A stretch of DNA of 64,000 nucleotides, taken from Balanoglossus misakiensis. Its lineage: Eukaryota; Animalia; Hemichordata. The position numbers were made by a program, and so were the translations under genes. How positions within the stretch are numbered: position 1 is the first letter of the stretch; every line of letters begins with the position of its first letter. Location: contig CM082587.2 in the NCBI GenBank assembly GCA_040954595.2, positions 6,871,705 to 6,935,704 on the forward strand, read 5' to 3'. The notes below the pieces were generated by a model. That model was given only the letters and a program-made list of their open reading frames with translations, was not told the DNA's origin and ran no database searches. Below are positions 62,929 through 64,000 of the stretch, piece after piece.

Positions 62929-64000
62929 ACCCAAGGTTTTTGTGAAAAAATGACCATTTTTTGATTTGCGTTAAAGTCGAAAATTTGTCATTTCTGGATG
63001 ATTTTCATGGGCTATAACCCATGGTTTTTGTGAAAAAATGACCATTTTTTGATTTGCGGGAAAGTCGAAAATTTGTCATTTCTGGATGATTTTCATGGGC
63101 TATAACCCATGGTTTTTGTGAAAAAATGACCATTTTTTGATTTGCCGGAAAGTCGAAAATTTGTCATTTCTGGATGATTTTCATGGGCTATAACCCATGG
63201 TTTTTGTGAAAAAATGACCATTTTTTGATTTGCGGGAAAGTCGAAAATTTGTCATTTCTGGATGATTTTCATGGGCTATAACCCATGGTTTTTGTGAAAA
63301 AATGACCATTTTTTGATTTGCGGGAAAGTCGAAAATTTGTCATTTCTGGATGATTTTCATGGGCTATAACCCATGGTTTTTGTGAAAAAATGACCATTTT
63401 TTGATTTGCGGGAAAGTCGAAAATTTTTCATTTCTGGATGATTTTCATGGGCTATAACCCATGGTTTTTGTGAAAAAATGACCATTTTTTGATTTGCGGG
63501 AAAGTCGAAAATTTGTCATTTCTGGATGATTTTCATGGGCTATAACCCATGGTTTTTGTGAAAAAATGACCATTTTTTGATTTGCGGGAAAGTCGAAAAT
63601 TTGTCATTTCTGGATGATTTTCATGGGCTATAACCCATGGTTTTTGTGAAAAAATGACCATTTTTGGATTTGCGGGAAAGTCGAAAATTTGTCATTTCTG
63701 GATGATTTTCATGGGCTATAACCCATGGTTTTTGTGAAAAAATGACCATTTTTGGATTTGCCGGAAAGTCGAAAATTTGTCATTTCTGGATGATTTTCAT
63801 GGGCTATAACCCATGGTTTTTGTGAAAAAATGACCATTTTTTGATTTGCGGGAAAGTCGAAAATTTGTCATTTCTGGATGATTTTCATGGGCTATAACCC
63901 ATGGTTTTTGTGAAAAAATGACCATTTTTTAATTTGCGGCAAAGTCGAAAATTTGTCATTTCTGGATGATTTTCATGGGCTATAACCCATGGTTTTTGTG
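62929..64000 (-). repeat. Same 88-bp satellite, inverted, about 12 copies, runs off the window
   Basis: Reverse complement of the main monomer (GAAAGTCGAAAATTTGTCATTTCTGGATGATTTTCATGGGCTATAACCCATGGTTTTTGTG). Confidence 0.97.

Noticed and set aside
50222-64000. CRISPR-like or coding interpretation of the array (MVIFSQKPWVIAHENH ORFs)
   Set aside because: No unique spacers or cas genes; ORFs appear only where indels shift an 88-bp period.

Overview
Eukaryotic (metazoan, probably marine invertebrate) genomic DNA with spliceosomal introns; all exon boundaries below were read by eye. Gene order: 3' part of a crumbs-family gene (+, LamG/EGF/TM/ERLI tail), a small spliced death-effector-domain (DED)-like gene (-), about 17 kb of transposon-rich sequence (Harbinger-type MITE pair, a TIR element with 4-bp TSD, nested hairpin-bearing elements, a near-intact CR1-type LINE), GAPVD1 (+, 17 coding exons, one GC-AG intron), LSM2 (-) head-to-head with PSMB1 (+), an unexplained 3.3-kb spliced-looking non-coding segment, and from about 49.9 kb to the end an 88-bp quasi-palindromic satellite array with strand switches. 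No prokaryotic features, CRISPR arrays, tRNA or rRNA were seen. Most notable: the unannotated DED-only gene, the atypical Crumbs (17 juxtamembrane EGFs, one carrying a 6-Cys insert), TTATCA/TGATAA-plus-hairpin elements, 32-54 bp micro-transposons with intact TSDs, proto-MHC-like gene linkage, and the satellite architecture.
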